From positions 1-37,747 of IMG/VR virus record IMGVR_UViG_3300009426_001061: DNA of 37,747 bases, one strand, 5' to 3'. The notes beneath the pieces were generated by a model. The model saw nothing but the letters and a program-made list of their open reading frames with translations, was not told the DNA's origin and ran no database searches. Shown here piece after piece: positions 25,080 through 35,018 of this stretch. Made by a program: the position numbers and the translations under genes. How positions within the stretch are numbered: position 1 is the first letter of the stretch; each line of letters begins with the position of its first letter. Source of the stretch: a virus (lineage: Duplodnaviria > Caudoviricetes).

Positions 25080-26109
25080 TTAATGTTCTCGCTTTCTTTA
25101 TATCTGATTTTGAAAATTTTTGGCTTTGCTTTACGACAAATTCAGAAATAAATTGCCTTTGTTTTTCACGGTCGGTAACTTCTTTAGACCAAGCAACAAG
25201 ATCACAAGAGTTCTCATGAGCATCGCCTATATCATTATGACCATTTGGTGGGAGTTTAATAGATAGAACATCAAGATCAAAATAACGAGAGAGTTTTAAA
25301 TAATTTTTAATAGAACCCATTAACCCCCTGTTTTCTTTGGAGCCTGTATCGTTATTGCCAGCTATAATGATTTTAGTTAGGTTTATACCAGACAAATAAG
25401 AGATAACAGCAGGGCTTGCTGACAAGCCGAATATAACAACTACGTTTTTTATTCCTTGGTCATACAAAGCCATAGCATCTCCAATGCTCTCAGTTAAATA
25501 GACTGATTTTTTTAAATGAATAATAGAGTCAATATTGTCTTTGTTTGGTAAAAAACTAGGGTAAATCCAATTATTTTTTTTGCCTATGTGTTTCCATTTT
25601 GAAAAATCATTATCGTCAACCCTTCTTCCAGAAAAACCAACAATTTGAGAGTGCCCATTATATATAGGAAATACCATTCTTCTATACATGTTTCCTCCCC
25701 CAGCTAAACCAACCTTAAAGTCTCTTTGGGTTTGTTCTGATATCCCTCTTTTCGAATAGAAATTATAATTTGGAAATAGTTTATCCAAAATACTGTTGTC
25801 GTAAGTTTTTTCCATTTCTATTAATGCTTTGGGTTTGTATTCAGATATCTCGTCTGGCTTTGCATCTAAAGATTTAAGTATAGATTTGATTTTGTTAGGT
25901 TCACCTTTTAAAGTAAGCTCTATTAGGCTTTTTAAAGGCCTGTATCCTTCGCTTTTTATATAATCAGTCCATACTCCAGTATTTTTATATATCTGAATTG
26001 CTGTGCGATTATCTCCGTCCCTGTATAAGGCATTGGTCCTCCAGTGATCGCCGCAATCAACAAGTGTGTATCCAATTTCTTGAAGTACTTGTTTAAACAT
26101 ATCAGACAT
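25072..26109 (-). CDS. dnaG: DnaG-type primase
   Basis: RRMVFPIYN...IVGFSGR, KWKH, Toprim YLTESIGDAMAL...VVIFG, NDIGD; overlaps dnaB. Confidence 0.88.
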   Translation of the reverse strand: MSDMFKQVLQEIGYTLVDCGDHWRTNALYRDGDNRTAIQIYKNTGVWTDYIKSEGYRPLKSLIELTLKGEPNKIKSILKSLDAKPDEISEYKPKALIEMEKTYDNSILDKLFPNYNFYSKRGISEQTQRDFKVGLAGGGNMYRRMVFPIYNGHSQIVGFSGRRVDDNDFSKWKHIGKKNNWIYPSFLPNKDNIDSIIHLKKSVYLTESIGDAMALYDQGIKNVVVIFGLSASPAVISYLSGINLTKIIIAGNNDTGSKENRGLMGSIKNYLKLSRYFDLDVLSIKLPPNGHNDIGDAHENSCDLVAWSKEVTDREKQRQFISEFVVKQSQKFSKSDIKKARTLNE

Positions 26110-27616
26110 TATTAAAGTTTGGAAGCGAATCTGGTTCTGATGTATCTATATTAGCGCCGCCATCAATTGATCTGGCTATATCTCTTAAATCTCCGCACTC
26201 AGTAATATTGAAATTTTTGAACTCAAGATTGACAAAGTTTTTTCTTAGCGTGTCACCTATTTGAACTGGGTCAAGAGCGCCAGAAACGTCTTTACCTAGA
26301 TGCCTCGATTTAATATTGATGAATTTATGTGTACCGAAACCTCCCCCTTCAATCTCTATCTCGTCGGCAGTCTTGTTTCTAAGAATAAACATATGAGAAC
26401 AGAACTGAATAATTCTGTCAGACAAAGAAACAATACTCTCATCGTCAACAATGTTTTGTGCATTCCTGTTATTTGTTATTCCGTACCTGTTGGATTGTAC
26501 AGAAGTAATCATAGATATAATGGGCAACCCGTCGTGAAGTATTTCTTTTTGAACGCATTTTTTAAATTTATCTACCATCTCTCCGACAATTTGCCATTCG
26601 TTTTTATTGGCAGAAGATTCACTAGTGGTTTTTATATAGTCGAACGAAAGTATCATACGATTACCTCTTCCTACTTTAGAAAAATAAAACCTTTTTAATG
26701 TGTTAACCATTGAGTCGACATCCATACCCCCAACATTATAATAGTAAAACTTAAGGTTTTTTACCTTGTCCCAAGTCTCTCTAACTTTTCTAACCACTTC
26801 TTCACCAGCTTGCCTCCATTCACCACTTTCCAATAAATGAGAAGAGACTCCAGATATAGAAGCACACTGTCTCATGATGAGTTCCTCTTTGCTCATTTCT
26901 CCATTATCAAAATGTAGAACTGGAACGTCGTATTGAGCGCTAACTTTAGTGGCGTAATGCATACAGAATTGTGTTTTACCAACTCCAGACCTAGCGACTA
27001 CGACAGTTATGTTCCCAGGCCTTAGAATAGAACCATACATTTCATTTACCTTTGGATGGGGGCCCATCATGCCAAATTCGCTTATTGGATTATTGCCCCT
27101 CTCCTCAATAACATCTTCCATCTCATCATATATATTAACTGGAGAATCTTCGCCCACTTCATATAAATTAATCCTTGAGTTATATACATGATCAGCCTTT
27201 TCAATTATTTCGTGATAAGTAGTTTCTGGCGAAACGTTTTTCATCTGTCTAGCCATGTCTTGAGCGGCCTTATATATGCCTCTTCTAACTGAAACTTTTT
27301 TAAGCTCTTTTGCGGTTTTGATAAGATTTCCTTTAGGGACTTTTCTTAAAGCAAGAGATTTTATATAATCTGCTGGATTTAAGTTGTCTTCAAAAGACAA
27401 ACCTATAGAAGATATTCTTTGCGCAATAATAACCTCGTCAATCTCTTCGCCACTTTGAATCGCTTGTTTTATTAAGGTAAAAACCGTCTTATGAAGGTTT
27501 GATTCTTCTGAATAAAAATCATCGTGATCTATAAAATTTGCTATCTCACAAAACAAATCTGGTTCTTTAATTAAAGCTGCTAATAACTGCTTTTCTAGTT
27601 CTAAGTTATAAATCAT
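26102..27616 (-). CDS. dnaB: DnaB-type replicative helicase
   Basis: N-terminal ELEKQLLAALI...DDFY, Walker A ARSGVGKT, GEMSKEEL, FDYIK, VQSNR, SDRIIQ, KSRH. Confidence 0.93.
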   Translation of the reverse strand: MIYNLELEKQLLAALIKEPDLFCEIANFIDHDDFYSEESNLHKTVFTLIKQAIQSGEEIDEVIIAQRISSIGLSFEDNLNPADYIKSLALRKVPKGNLIKTAKELKKVSVRRGIYKAAQDMARQMKNVSPETTYHEIIEKADHVYNSRINLYEVGEDSPVNIYDEMEDVIEERGNNPISEFGMMGPHPKVNEMYGSILRPGNITVVVARSGVGKTQFCMHYATKVSAQYDVPVLHFDNGEMSKEELIMRQCASISGVSSHLLESGEWRQAGEEVVRKVRETWDKVKNLKFYYYNVGGMDVDSMVNTLKRFYFSKVGRGNRMILSFDYIKTTSESSANKNEWQIVGEMVDKFKKCVQKEILHDGLPIISMITSVQSNRYGITNNRNAQNIVDDESIVSLSDRIIQFCSHMFILRNKTADEIEIEGGGFGTHKFINIKSRHLGKDVSGALDPVQIGDTLRKNFVNLEFKNFNITECGDLRDIARSIDGGANIDTSEPDSLPNFNNV

Positions 27617-27619
27617 GTT

Positions 27620-27856
27620 TTACTTACTTTCAATGATATCGGTTTTTCTAGAGACGAAGTTAGATAAAACGCTTTTTAATCCAATCTCAACGATGGTAGA
27701 GCCATACTTTGAATAAATTGTAGGTTCTCCGCGCTCAGAACAAAGGGCTAATATAATACCCTTATATTTATCAGCGCTACCACTAAATTCATAAAGCTGT
27801 TGGATAAAGTTTTCTGGTATTGAAAATTCTAATTCTTCTTCTTCTTTTTCTTTCAT
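27620..27856 (-). CDS. Hypothetical protein in the replication operon
   Basis: 78-aa ORF with ATGA overlap upstream and 3-nt gap to dnaB. Confidence 0.75.
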   Translation of the reverse strand: MKEKEEEELEFSIPENFIQQLYEFSGSADKYKGIILALCSERGEPTIYSKYGSTIVEIGLKSVLSNFVSRKTDIIESK

Positions 27857-28260
27857 AAATATATATCTTGATCTTCAAACAGAGATGCGGTTATTACGTC
27901 TTTGGGATATATCTCTACCAACTTTATACCATTAAACTGACAGAAGTCAAGTTTCTTTTGGTCCCTTTTTAATTGTTCTAAATATTGAAGTTTTGTTTTG
28001 TGAAAGTGTTTAACGTATTTAATATGTTGACCCCCTTGTACTTCTACTGCTATTTTTTTGTTAGCATTATAAAAATCCAAAGATAGTCTTGTCCCAACAA
28101 TTCTAAACTCTTCAAAAACAATATCGTTCTTCCAATAATCTACCAAAAAGTCTTTTACATTTTTTTGGAATTTGCTTCTACTATTAGTCCCCCAATTAAT
28201 AAGATATTTTTTAGCGTTTTTTAAATTCCTTGGTTTCCCATATGGATCTAAAAATTTCAT
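27853..28260 (-). CDS. Vsr/DUF559-like PD-(D/E)XK endonuclease
   Basis: LDFYNANKKIAVEVQGGQH...RDQKKLDFCQFNGIKLVEI. Confidence 0.85.
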   Translation of the reverse strand: MKFLDPYGKPRNLKNAKKYLINWGTNSRSKFQKNVKDFLVDYWKNDIVFEEFRIVGTRLSLDFYNANKKIAVEVQGGQHIKYVKHFHKTKLQYLEQLKRDQKKLDFCQFNGIKLVEIYPKDVITASLFEDQDIYL

Positions 28261-29396
28261 GTAAGTTCGCCAATAGCATTTTTAAAATAAGATACTAAAA
28301 ATTTAGAAAGCCTTGGGTTGTCTTCGATTGTTTTAAAAACGTTACTTTCTCCTTGAAGTTTTTCTGGGAATTCAAGTTTGTTTTCAGAAAGTAAATCTTT
28401 AAATTCTTCCGTAGTATTATACCAAGAACCGCTTTTTTTGACAAACTCCCAAGCATAAAGCAGGTCAACAATTTCTTTTTCAATCCATATAGAGTTTCCG
28501 CCGCTCCTTCCATACCTAATAGGGTAACTAACTTTGGTATTGGTTTTCTCGTTTGGGGATTTTTTGATTGTAACTTGCGCAAAATGACCAATAGATGGAT
28601 TTGTTTGAGCATCCATTTTTTTAACAGAGGGGTTTTGCAAAATAATATCTTTATTAAACCTTGGTTCAAACTCAATGATCCAATTAGCAAAGTGTAACAG
28701 GGCGTTACCTCCAGTGGCTGTAGTTTGTCTAATTGGAGCTTTGCTGTATGGATCTAGTTTAATGTCAGCCCTAACCTGAGAAATAAAGATAGCCATGTGA
28801 CCTCGTTTTGCTAATGCTATAGACATTTTCTTCATAAACGCTCCCGCAATGACGGCTCCACCAGCAATCTTTGCGGAATCTTCAAAGCCTTTATCGACAT
28901 CATTTTTAAGAATTAATCCATCAACAGAATCAAGAGCAAAACAATATTTAACTTTTTCTTCATTCTCTATAATAAGTTTTCTCATTAAATCAACGCATGT
29001 TTCATAAATATTAGACTCAAAAACAAAACATGTTCCATCAAGCCAGTCTTCCGCCTTGAAAACAAATCTAATCCCAGACCTTTTTCTCATTTCTGGAGAA
29101 AGCCTACCTTCGGCTTTAATGTAAACACCTTTTGAATTGCGGTTAGAAATAAGGAAGTTTTTCATAACCTCAAGAGCTTCTGATGTTTTGCCCCCTTCAT
29201 TCATTCCTGTAAACCTATGTAAACCTGGACCGAAGCCACCTCCTAGCTGCAAGTCAAACTGCAAAGACCCACTAGAGATTTTATAATCTGTATCGTCTTC
29301 AAAATTATAATGATCCTCTTTATTGCTTTTAAGGAACTTGCCAAGAAGGTTTATTGATTCTTCTTCTTCTTCTTCTTTTTTTATTGTTTTACTCAT
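28257..29396 (-). CDS. recA: RecA/UvsX-like recombinase
   Basis: ISSGSLQFDLQLGGG, Walker A GMNEGGKT, LDSVDGL, IFISQVR, TGGNALLHFA, VKKSGSWY. Confidence 0.92.
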   Translation of the reverse strand: MSKTIKKEEEEEESINLLGKFLKSNKEDHYNFEDDTDYKISSGSLQFDLQLGGGFGPGLHRFTGMNEGGKTSEALEVMKNFLISNRNSKGVYIKAEGRLSPEMRKRSGIRFVFKAEDWLDGTCFVFESNIYETCVDLMRKLIIENEEKVKYCFALDSVDGLILKNDVDKGFEDSAKIAGGAVIAGAFMKKMSIALAKRGHMAIFISQVRADIKLDPYSKAPIRQTTATGGNALLHFANWIIEFEPRFNKDIILQNPSVKKMDAQTNPSIGHFAQVTIKKSPNEKTNTKVSYPIRYGRSGGNSIWIEKEIVDLLYAWEFVKKSGSWYNTTEEFKDLLSENKLEFPEKLQGESNVFKTIEDNPRLSKFLVSYFKNAIGELT

Positions 29397-29826
29397 TTAA
29401 AAAATCTTTTGTGTTTTTGTTTTTTTTCTCTATTATTTTATCCATACCAAACTTCTCTCCTATATTATATTCAATATATTTACTTTTGTCAACCTTGTAA
29501 TTAAAAGCCCTCCATTTTTGATCTAGGGTGTCTTTGAGTTTTGGACTAACTAGATAAGCTAGCGAATCAAATTTTTTGCCAAAATCTATAACAGAAACAA
29601 ACTCAAGAGAGTATCTCTCAGCGAGAATCTTCATTAGTTTAAATTCTTTCAAATAAAAGACTCTCTTATTTTTGTCAGGTATGTTAACCAACCTAGAAAG
29701 AATTTTAAGTTTATTAGGCTTTTTTGCGGATTTTTTGATTTTAAAAAAATGACCACAAACACAAGAGCTCGATCTTACACCTAAAAAATTATTGCATGAA
29801 GGACAAAGCTTTTTACCTCTAGGCAT
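29389..29826 (-). CDS. Protein with N-terminal zinc ribbon
   Basis: KLCPSC...SSCVCGHFF. Confidence 0.75.
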   Translation of the reverse strand: MPRGKKLCPSCNNFLGVRSSSCVCGHFFKIKKSAKKPNKLKILSRLVNIPDKNKRVFYLKEFKLMKILAERYSLEFVSVIDFGKKFDSLAYLVSPKLKDTLDQKWRAFNYKVDKSKYIEYNIGEKFGMDKIIEKKNKNTKDFLNE

Positions 29827-29835
29827 GAGGTTATC

Positions 29836-30867
29836 TTAAAGCAAACTTATATCATTGTCAACCATTTTCTTTACCAAACCATAAAAGTCTGTTTTCCTAA
29901 CCCAACCCATTTCTTTTTCAGCGAAGCTTGGGTCACCAAGTAGCAAATTAACTTCAGCTGGTCTATAATATTTTGGATTTATTTTAACAAGCATTTGATC
30001 GCGGTGATAATATTTAGAGTCTGAGCCTTCACCTTCCCAATAACATTCATCTGGATTAAATCCTCCAAAGCCAAATGCAGACTCAACAAATTCACGAATA
30101 GTATGTGTTTCCCCTGAAGCTAATACATATTCTTTTGGTTTTTCTTGATTAAGCATTAACCAAATTCCAGCTACAAAATCTTCAGCATCAGACCAATCTC
30201 TTTTAGCGTCGAGGTTTCCAATTTCGAGAGGCTTAACTTCTTTACCGTCCCTGATTTCCTTAACTATTCTAGCTAAAGCTTTTGTGACCTTGCGGGTGAG
30301 AAATTCTTCTCCCCTTCTTGTTCCTTCATGATTAAATAGCCATCCCTGTATTGCATAGAGATTATAAGAATCACGCCAAACTTTAACTAGATGTCTAGCG
30401 GCGGCTTTAGATGCTCCATAAGGGCTTCTAGGGCGCAGTGGATGCATCTCGTCCTGTGGGGTGGTAACTACGTCTCCAAACTCTTCAGAGCTTCCTGCGT
30501 TATAATAGCGGCACTCTGGACAGTGTTTACGAATAGCCTCAAGTTGATAAAGAACCGCCATACAATTTGTATTCATATGGTTCTCTGGCATATCCCAACT
30601 AACACCAACAAAAGAGTTCGCCGCAAAGTTAATAAAGTAATCTGGCTTCTCTTCTGAAATAACCCGATCTACATTTGATTGGTCGGTTATATCGAGATCA
30701 ATAAGTTTGAATCTTGGATTACTTTTTAGGTGTTTTATGTTTTTATGATTCTTTACGCTAAGTCGACGTACGCCAGCAATAATATCAATGTCGGTATTCT
30801 CCAACAAATAGTCCGCCATGTGACTTCCGTCTTGACCTGTTACTCCTGTTATAATTACTTTTTTCAT
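29836..30867 (-). CDS. gmd: GDP-mannose 4,6-dehydratase
   Basis: ITGVTGQDGS, GSSEEFG, PRSPYGASK, LFNHEG, GNLDAKRDW, YRPAEV. Confidence 0.96.
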   Translation of the reverse strand: MKKVIITGVTGQDGSHMADYLLENTDIDIIAGVRRLSVKNHKNIKHLKSNPRFKLIDLDITDQSNVDRVISEEKPDYFINFAANSFVGVSWDMPENHMNTNCMAVLYQLEAIRKHCPECRYYNAGSSEEFGDVVTTPQDEMHPLRPRSPYGASKAAARHLVKVWRDSYNLYAIQGWLFNHEGTRRGEEFLTRKVTKALARIVKEIRDGKEVKPLEIGNLDAKRDWSDAEDFVAGIWLMLNQEKPKEYVLASGETHTIREFVESAFGFGGFNPDECYWEGEGSDSKYYHRDQMLVKINPKYYRPAEVNLLLGDPSFAEKEMGWVRKTDFYGLVKKMVDNDISLL

Positions 30868-30919
30868 CTTTTATTATAATATGTAGTAATAGATGTAATT
30901 CAATTAGGTTTTTTATTTT
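30858..30919. repeat. 62-bp direct repeat copy A (promoter plus start codons)
   Basis: 59/62 identical to 33839-33900; on minus strand contains TTGAAT, TATAAT 5 nt before ATG, and ATG AAA AAA. Confidence 0.95.
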
Positions 30920-31724
30920 TAAGGTAATTTTGAATTTCCTTATGCCAGTGAATTTTTCCTGTTCCTTCATAAAGAATTTTATGATTTTTCATAATACATC
31001 CTAAACGACCTCGATAATCTTCATTAGTTCCTATTGCTTCTTTACCGCTACCAAAACCAATGTTTTTAGAAAATCTATATTTAAAGCCATCGGCAACAAA
31101 ACTTTTACCTCTCAATAAATCCACTGCCAACATTGATTTGCCATCGGGATATTTTATATTTTTATTTTGATAAAAGTTATGACCATCAATAACCCCATTA
31201 CACATTGCATACGGGCCGCATAAAGCCATTATACCATTTATTTTGTTATATGCATTTAGTATTATTTTTTGAATGACAAATTTTAGTATTGGGTGTTTTT
31301 TCTTACAGAAAAAAATAGAAGTCCATATATTACATGAAAAAAAAGTTAAATACATATCTGTCCCAGCGGTGAACTTATTTATATCTGTATGAAAATAAGC
31401 ATCCATATCTAAATAAAAACCACCCTCTTTATATATAAAAAGAATTCTAAAAAAATCTATTTTACTCACCAAACTGTTGTTTTCTAATTGTCCTTTAAAA
31501 ACTATTTTAGGAATTTCAAAATAAATTTTACCAGCTGTATGTAAAAATTTATCTGTGGAATTTAAATAATTTTCAATTACCCAATCATCCATTTTTTGTT
31601 CTGAATCTATTAAGATATAAGTGTGTGACTTATTTATGTCTAGCATTTTTTGAGTAACTTCTTGAACCTGGGGGTGTTTATGATTTAGACCTATGGAAAC
31701 TTGCAATATGTTTTTTTCTATCAT
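30900..31724 (-). CDS. GT32-like glycosyltransferase (DxD sugar-binding domain)
   Basis: IEKNILQ, KIDFFRILFIYKEGGFYLDMD, KKHPIL, CGP. Start moved to ATG 31724. Confidence 0.88.
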   Translation of the reverse strand: MIEKNILQVSIGLNHKHPQVQEVTQKMLDINKSHTYILIDSEQKMDDWVIENYLNSTDKFLHTAGKIYFEIPKIVFKGQLENNSLVSKIDFFRILFIYKEGGFYLDMDAYFHTDINKFTAGTDMYLTFFSCNIWTSIFFCKKKHPILKFVIQKIILNAYNKINGIMALCGPYAMCNGVIDGHNFYQNKNIKYPDGKSMLAVDLLRGKSFVADGFKYRFSKNIGFGSGKEAIGTNEDYRGRLGCIMKNHKILYEGTGKIHWHKEIQNYLKNKKPN

Positions 31725-31728
31725 ATTT

Positions 31729-32325
31729 TTATTCTCCAAACTTATAACCAAAATATTCTATGTCTTTTGCATATTTTTCAGCAACTATTTTTTTAGTGTC
31801 TTCGTTGTAGTATTGGCTATAATGTTTATGTGTAGTTTTATTCATGTGCGGGAGCTCTATCCTTTTCATGCCTAAGTGATCTAAAACAGAGTTGTATCCG
31901 TTTTGAATATCTTCAAACCTAACCAAAAAATCCAAATCTTCTTCTGGTTTTATGAAACTTAACTGACTTGCTCTGTGAGTTTCGAAGTGACCATCAAACC
32001 AGTATTTATGATTGTTTTTAAAAAAATTTGGGTCTTTTATAGAGAAAAACAGATCTAAAAACTCTTCAAACGAGCAGTCTTTGAAAATGGGATTGAAAAC
32101 TGCGTGTCTTTTTTTAAAAAAGAAGTATTCAGAAATCATTTTGTCAAATGGATTTCTTACAACACAAAAAGTTGTGTAGTCTTCAAAATTTTTTAATCTC
32201 TTTTTATAGAATTTTAAATTACTATGTCCATTACCACAATCTCCACGACCTAAAGTGTGCTCTATGCTAGTCCCTCCTGTTTTTGGTATGTGTACAAATA
32301 CTATTTTATGCTTGTGTGATATCAT
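31729..32325 (-). CDS. Sulfotransferase (Sulfotransfer_2-like)
   Basis: FVHIPKTGGTSI (5'-PSB), VRNPFDKMISEY (3'-PB), RFEDI, YAKDIEYFGY. Confidence 0.9.
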   Translation of the reverse strand: MISHKHKIVFVHIPKTGGTSIEHTLGRGDCGNGHSNLKFYKKRLKNFEDYTTFCVVRNPFDKMISEYFFFKKRHAVFNPIFKDCSFEEFLDLFFSIKDPNFFKNNHKYWFDGHFETHRASQLSFIKPEEDLDFLVRFEDIQNGYNSVLDHLGMKRIELPHMNKTTHKHYSQYYNEDTKKIVAEKYAKDIEYFGYKFGE

Positions 32326-32328
32326 ATA

Positions 32329-33168
32329 TTAATCTCCATATTTATAATTAAAATATTCTATATCTTTTGCATATTTTTTAGAAATGATATCTTTAGATTC
32401 TTTACAATAAAATTCTGTGTAATGTTTTGTCATCATTTTTTTATCTGGTTCTGTTTTTGAATTTAGTAATACAGATCCTTCACCACCACTACCTATTGTT
32501 AAGCTTTGATTGCGTGAATTTACATTAGTTTTTTCTTGGTATAACAGTTTTATGTTTAGTTCAGAATATATTTCCGACATATCCTCTTCTATGTTCTCGA
32601 CTTTTACAAATTTATCAACGAGGGGTTTGCCATTTTCAAAAAAATGATCATGAAAAGAAAAACAATGCCACCAAGGGTTAGCCCACCTCCATTTGTTTTT
32701 TAACAAACCGTCTTCATTTAAAACTGCGCTATGAAGGTCTGTGTTTAAATAATGTTTATATGGTATGTCTTCGCTAGTTTTTGAATCAAAAATGGAAATA
32801 AAATCCTCTTCACTAATTAGTTTACAAAATTGAAGAAAGGTCAAATCTGCACCTATTTCTTTTTTTGACCAGGTGTGGTGTTTCCATGTAGAAACAGCCC
32901 TAGAAAACGGGTTTCTTACAGAGGTAAATACTAATCTAGATTTATATTCTTCTTTACCAACTAAAAGTTCTGAAGCTTTAGCTAGTTTTTTACCATAAGA
33001 GCCAAAGTTAAGATATGGGCTGTTTTCCGTCGCTATTTTCAGGCTTACATTTGGAGTTCCAAAATTTAAAGTATATCGGGTGTGAAAATCTATCCCATAT
33101 CTGTGACACATTTCAATAATTGAAACGGAGGCGCATCTTTCAGAAGCTATGTATAAACCTTTTTTCAC
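32329..33168 (-). CDS. Sulfotransferase-like protein with divergent 5'-PSB loop
   Basis: YIASERCASVSI, SVRNPFSRAVSTW, KVENIEED, YAKDIEYFNY; GTG start overlapping the upstream stop. Confidence 0.82.
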   Translation of the reverse strand: MKKGLYIASERCASVSIIEMCHRYGIDFHTRYTLNFGTPNVSLKIATENSPYLNFGSYGKKLAKASELLVGKEEYKSRLVFTSVRNPFSRAVSTWKHHTWSKKEIGADLTFLQFCKLISEEDFISIFDSKTSEDIPYKHYLNTDLHSAVLNEDGLLKNKWRWANPWWHCFSFHDHFFENGKPLVDKFVKVENIEEDMSEIYSELNIKLLYQEKTNVNSRNQSLTIGSGGEGSVLLNSKTEPDKKMMTKHYTEFYCKESKDIISKKYAKDIEYFNYKYGD

Positions 33169-33848
33169 TTTTTGTATATTAGAATTTCATTTGTTAATCT
33201 CTGGTTCATTGTCCTCGGGAACTCTTCCGTTTTATGCAGAAAACCCTCTTTTACTAACTCTCCGACTTGCCAGCGAACATTTTCCTTTTGAAAATAATCA
33301 AATATAACCAAGCAGTTATCTTTTAATAGTGGAAGTAAATTTAAAAAATCCCTTTTATAAGTGGTTTTTTCTCCGTCTATATGCAACAAATCAAATTTTA
33401 ATTCTGGATTGTTCTCTACAAAACGGGGAACCTCTATCAAACAATCTCCTTTTATGAAGTTAAACCTGTCTTTGAAAATATCTTTAAGGGTTTTGGCTGC
33501 TTCTGGGACATAAACTTCTGGATGTGCAATAGGACACGGTGGATAAAATTTTGCAATATCATTAGAGTAGACAATTATATCTTCATTCGAATGCAATGCT
33601 AGTAAAGAAGAATGACCACCATTAAGACCAATCTCAAACATTGCTTTGCTTTGTTCCGCAGCAAGACTAAATCTTTCTCTTTTTATTATGCTTTCAGAAT
33701 CCAAAGAACCTTTGTAAAAATAAGGGTTTTTTTGAATGTTCTTATAAAAAAGATTGCCTATAAGACATGGTTCATACCCTTTTTTCTCTAAAGAATCTTT
33801 AAGGTTTTTATTCAAAATGTTTAAATTGTCAGTTAATTCTTTTTTCAT
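33165..33848 (-). CDS. Class I SAM-dependent methyltransferase (Methyltransf_24-like)
   Basis: FEIGLNGGHSS, IKGDC, FDLLHIDG, LVIFD. Confidence 0.85.
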   Translation of the reverse strand: MKKELTDNLNILNKNLKDSLEKKGYEPCLIGNLFYKNIQKNPYFYKGSLDSESIIKRERFSLAAEQSKAMFEIGLNGGHSSLLALHSNEDIIVYSNDIAKFYPPCPIAHPEVYVPEAAKTLKDIFKDRFNFIKGDCLIEVPRFVENNPELKFDLLHIDGEKTTYKRDFLNLLPLLKDNCLVIFDYFQKENVRWQVGELVKEGFLHKTEEFPRTMNQRLTNEILIYKK

Positions 33849-33900
33849 GTTTTATTATAAAATGTAGTAATAGATGTAGTTCAATTAGGTTTTTTATTTT
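33839..33900. repeat. 62-bp direct repeat copy B (promoter plus start codons)
   Basis: 59/62 identical to 30858-30919. Confidence 0.95.
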
Positions 33901-34433
33901 GGTTCTGTTACATAAAGATACTGTTCAGCATGAATCCTTATTTTTCTTTTTATTTCAAACAGAGTTTCTATTTTTTCTTGCCATTCACTCCAGCTTCTTT
34001 TGTTTACATGTATATCTTCACCTTTGGTGATTGATGGTCCATTATGTATAGCAAATATTTGAGTTTTGCTTTTACTTAGATTTTCGAATAATATGTCTTC
34101 ATATTCTTTTTCTATATGTTCTATGACATCTATACAGATCATGGTATCATATTTTCCATCATCAAATGGTTCTAGTATTGACCCAACAATCATTCCGTTG
34201 TCTAAGTTTATTTGATCTATGCCATCCGCCTCAAAACCTTTTTGCCTAAGTAGTTTTACTACATCACCTCTACCACAACCCACATCAAGAACTTTGCCTT
34301 CTATGTTTTTTTCATATAAAGGAAATAACCTTGTGGCTGGACACCTACCCATCGAAGCGTTCCCATACCAATCTTCTTCTTCGTAAACTTTCTGAAAAAA
34401 ATCAGCATCAAATTTTTGTTTTATGTTGTTCAT
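33894..34433 (-). CDS. Class I SAM-dependent methyltransferase
   Basis: VLDVGCGRG, GID, YDTMICIDVIEHI. Confidence 0.9.
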   Translation of the reverse strand: MNNIKQKFDADFFQKVYEEEDWYGNASMGRCPATRLFPLYEKNIEGKVLDVGCGRGDVVKLLRQKGFEADGIDQINLDNGMIVGSILEPFDDGKYDTMICIDVIEHIEKEYEDILFENLSKSKTQIFAIHNGPSITKGEDIHVNKRSWSEWQEKIETLFEIKRKIRIHAEQYLYVTEPK

Positions 34434-34454
34434 TATTTATATTGGTTAGTTATG

Positions 34455-35018
34455 TTAAAATTTATATCCAAAAGTTTTAATGTCCCAATCAAAACGTTTT
34501 GCAATTAAGTTTTTAGTTTCTTCGTCGTAAAAACTTCTGTAATCAGAATTCAAGGCTCTTTGTGTCATGTGTCTGTTTCTGGGTATATTATAATTAGTTA
34601 TATTAAATCTTTTAGCAAAAACAGAAAAGTCGTCTTCTATATCTTCTGTTTTGATTACTAAATCCATAATATTTTTGCCATTGTATATAAGTTTATTAGA
34701 CGCAAAATCATTAAAGTTAAAGAGATCTTCATTTAATACAAAGTCTTTAAACGCTACTTTAACATTATGCCTAGCTTTACAATGATAAAACCAAGAAACA
34801 GCTCTGTCCCAAGGGTTTCTAATTACGCCAACTTTATAATATGAAAGTAATTTTTTGTCTTTTTCTATAAATTGGCTTATTGACCAATGGTGAGTTATGG
34901 AATCTTTATATGGATACTCATCTTTACGCCCAAAATTTTGGTTTAAAATCTGCCTAATGCTGCCGCCTCCGCATTTTGGTGTATGAATAAAAATAAATTT
35001 TTCTTTATTTGATATCAT
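34455..35018 (-). CDS. Sulfotransferase (Sulfotransfer_2-like)
   Basis: FIFIHTPKCGGGSI, IRNPWDRAVSWF, DYRSFYDEETK...DIKTFGYKF. Confidence 0.9.
   Translation of the reverse strand: MISNKEKFIFIHTPKCGGGSIRQILNQNFGRKDEYPYKDSITHHWSISQFIEKDKKLLSYYKVGVIRNPWDRAVSWFYHCKARHNVKVAFKDFVLNEDLFNFNDFASNKLIYNGKNIMDLVIKTEDIEDDFSVFAKRFNITNYNIPRNRHMTQRALNSDYRSFYDEETKNLIAKRFDWDIKTFGYKF

Noticed and set aside
27832-29375. (TTC)n tracts at the starts of recA and the 78-aa gene as phase-variation sites
   Set aside because: Short in-frame trinucleotide runs encoding poly-Glu; slippage would not change frame.
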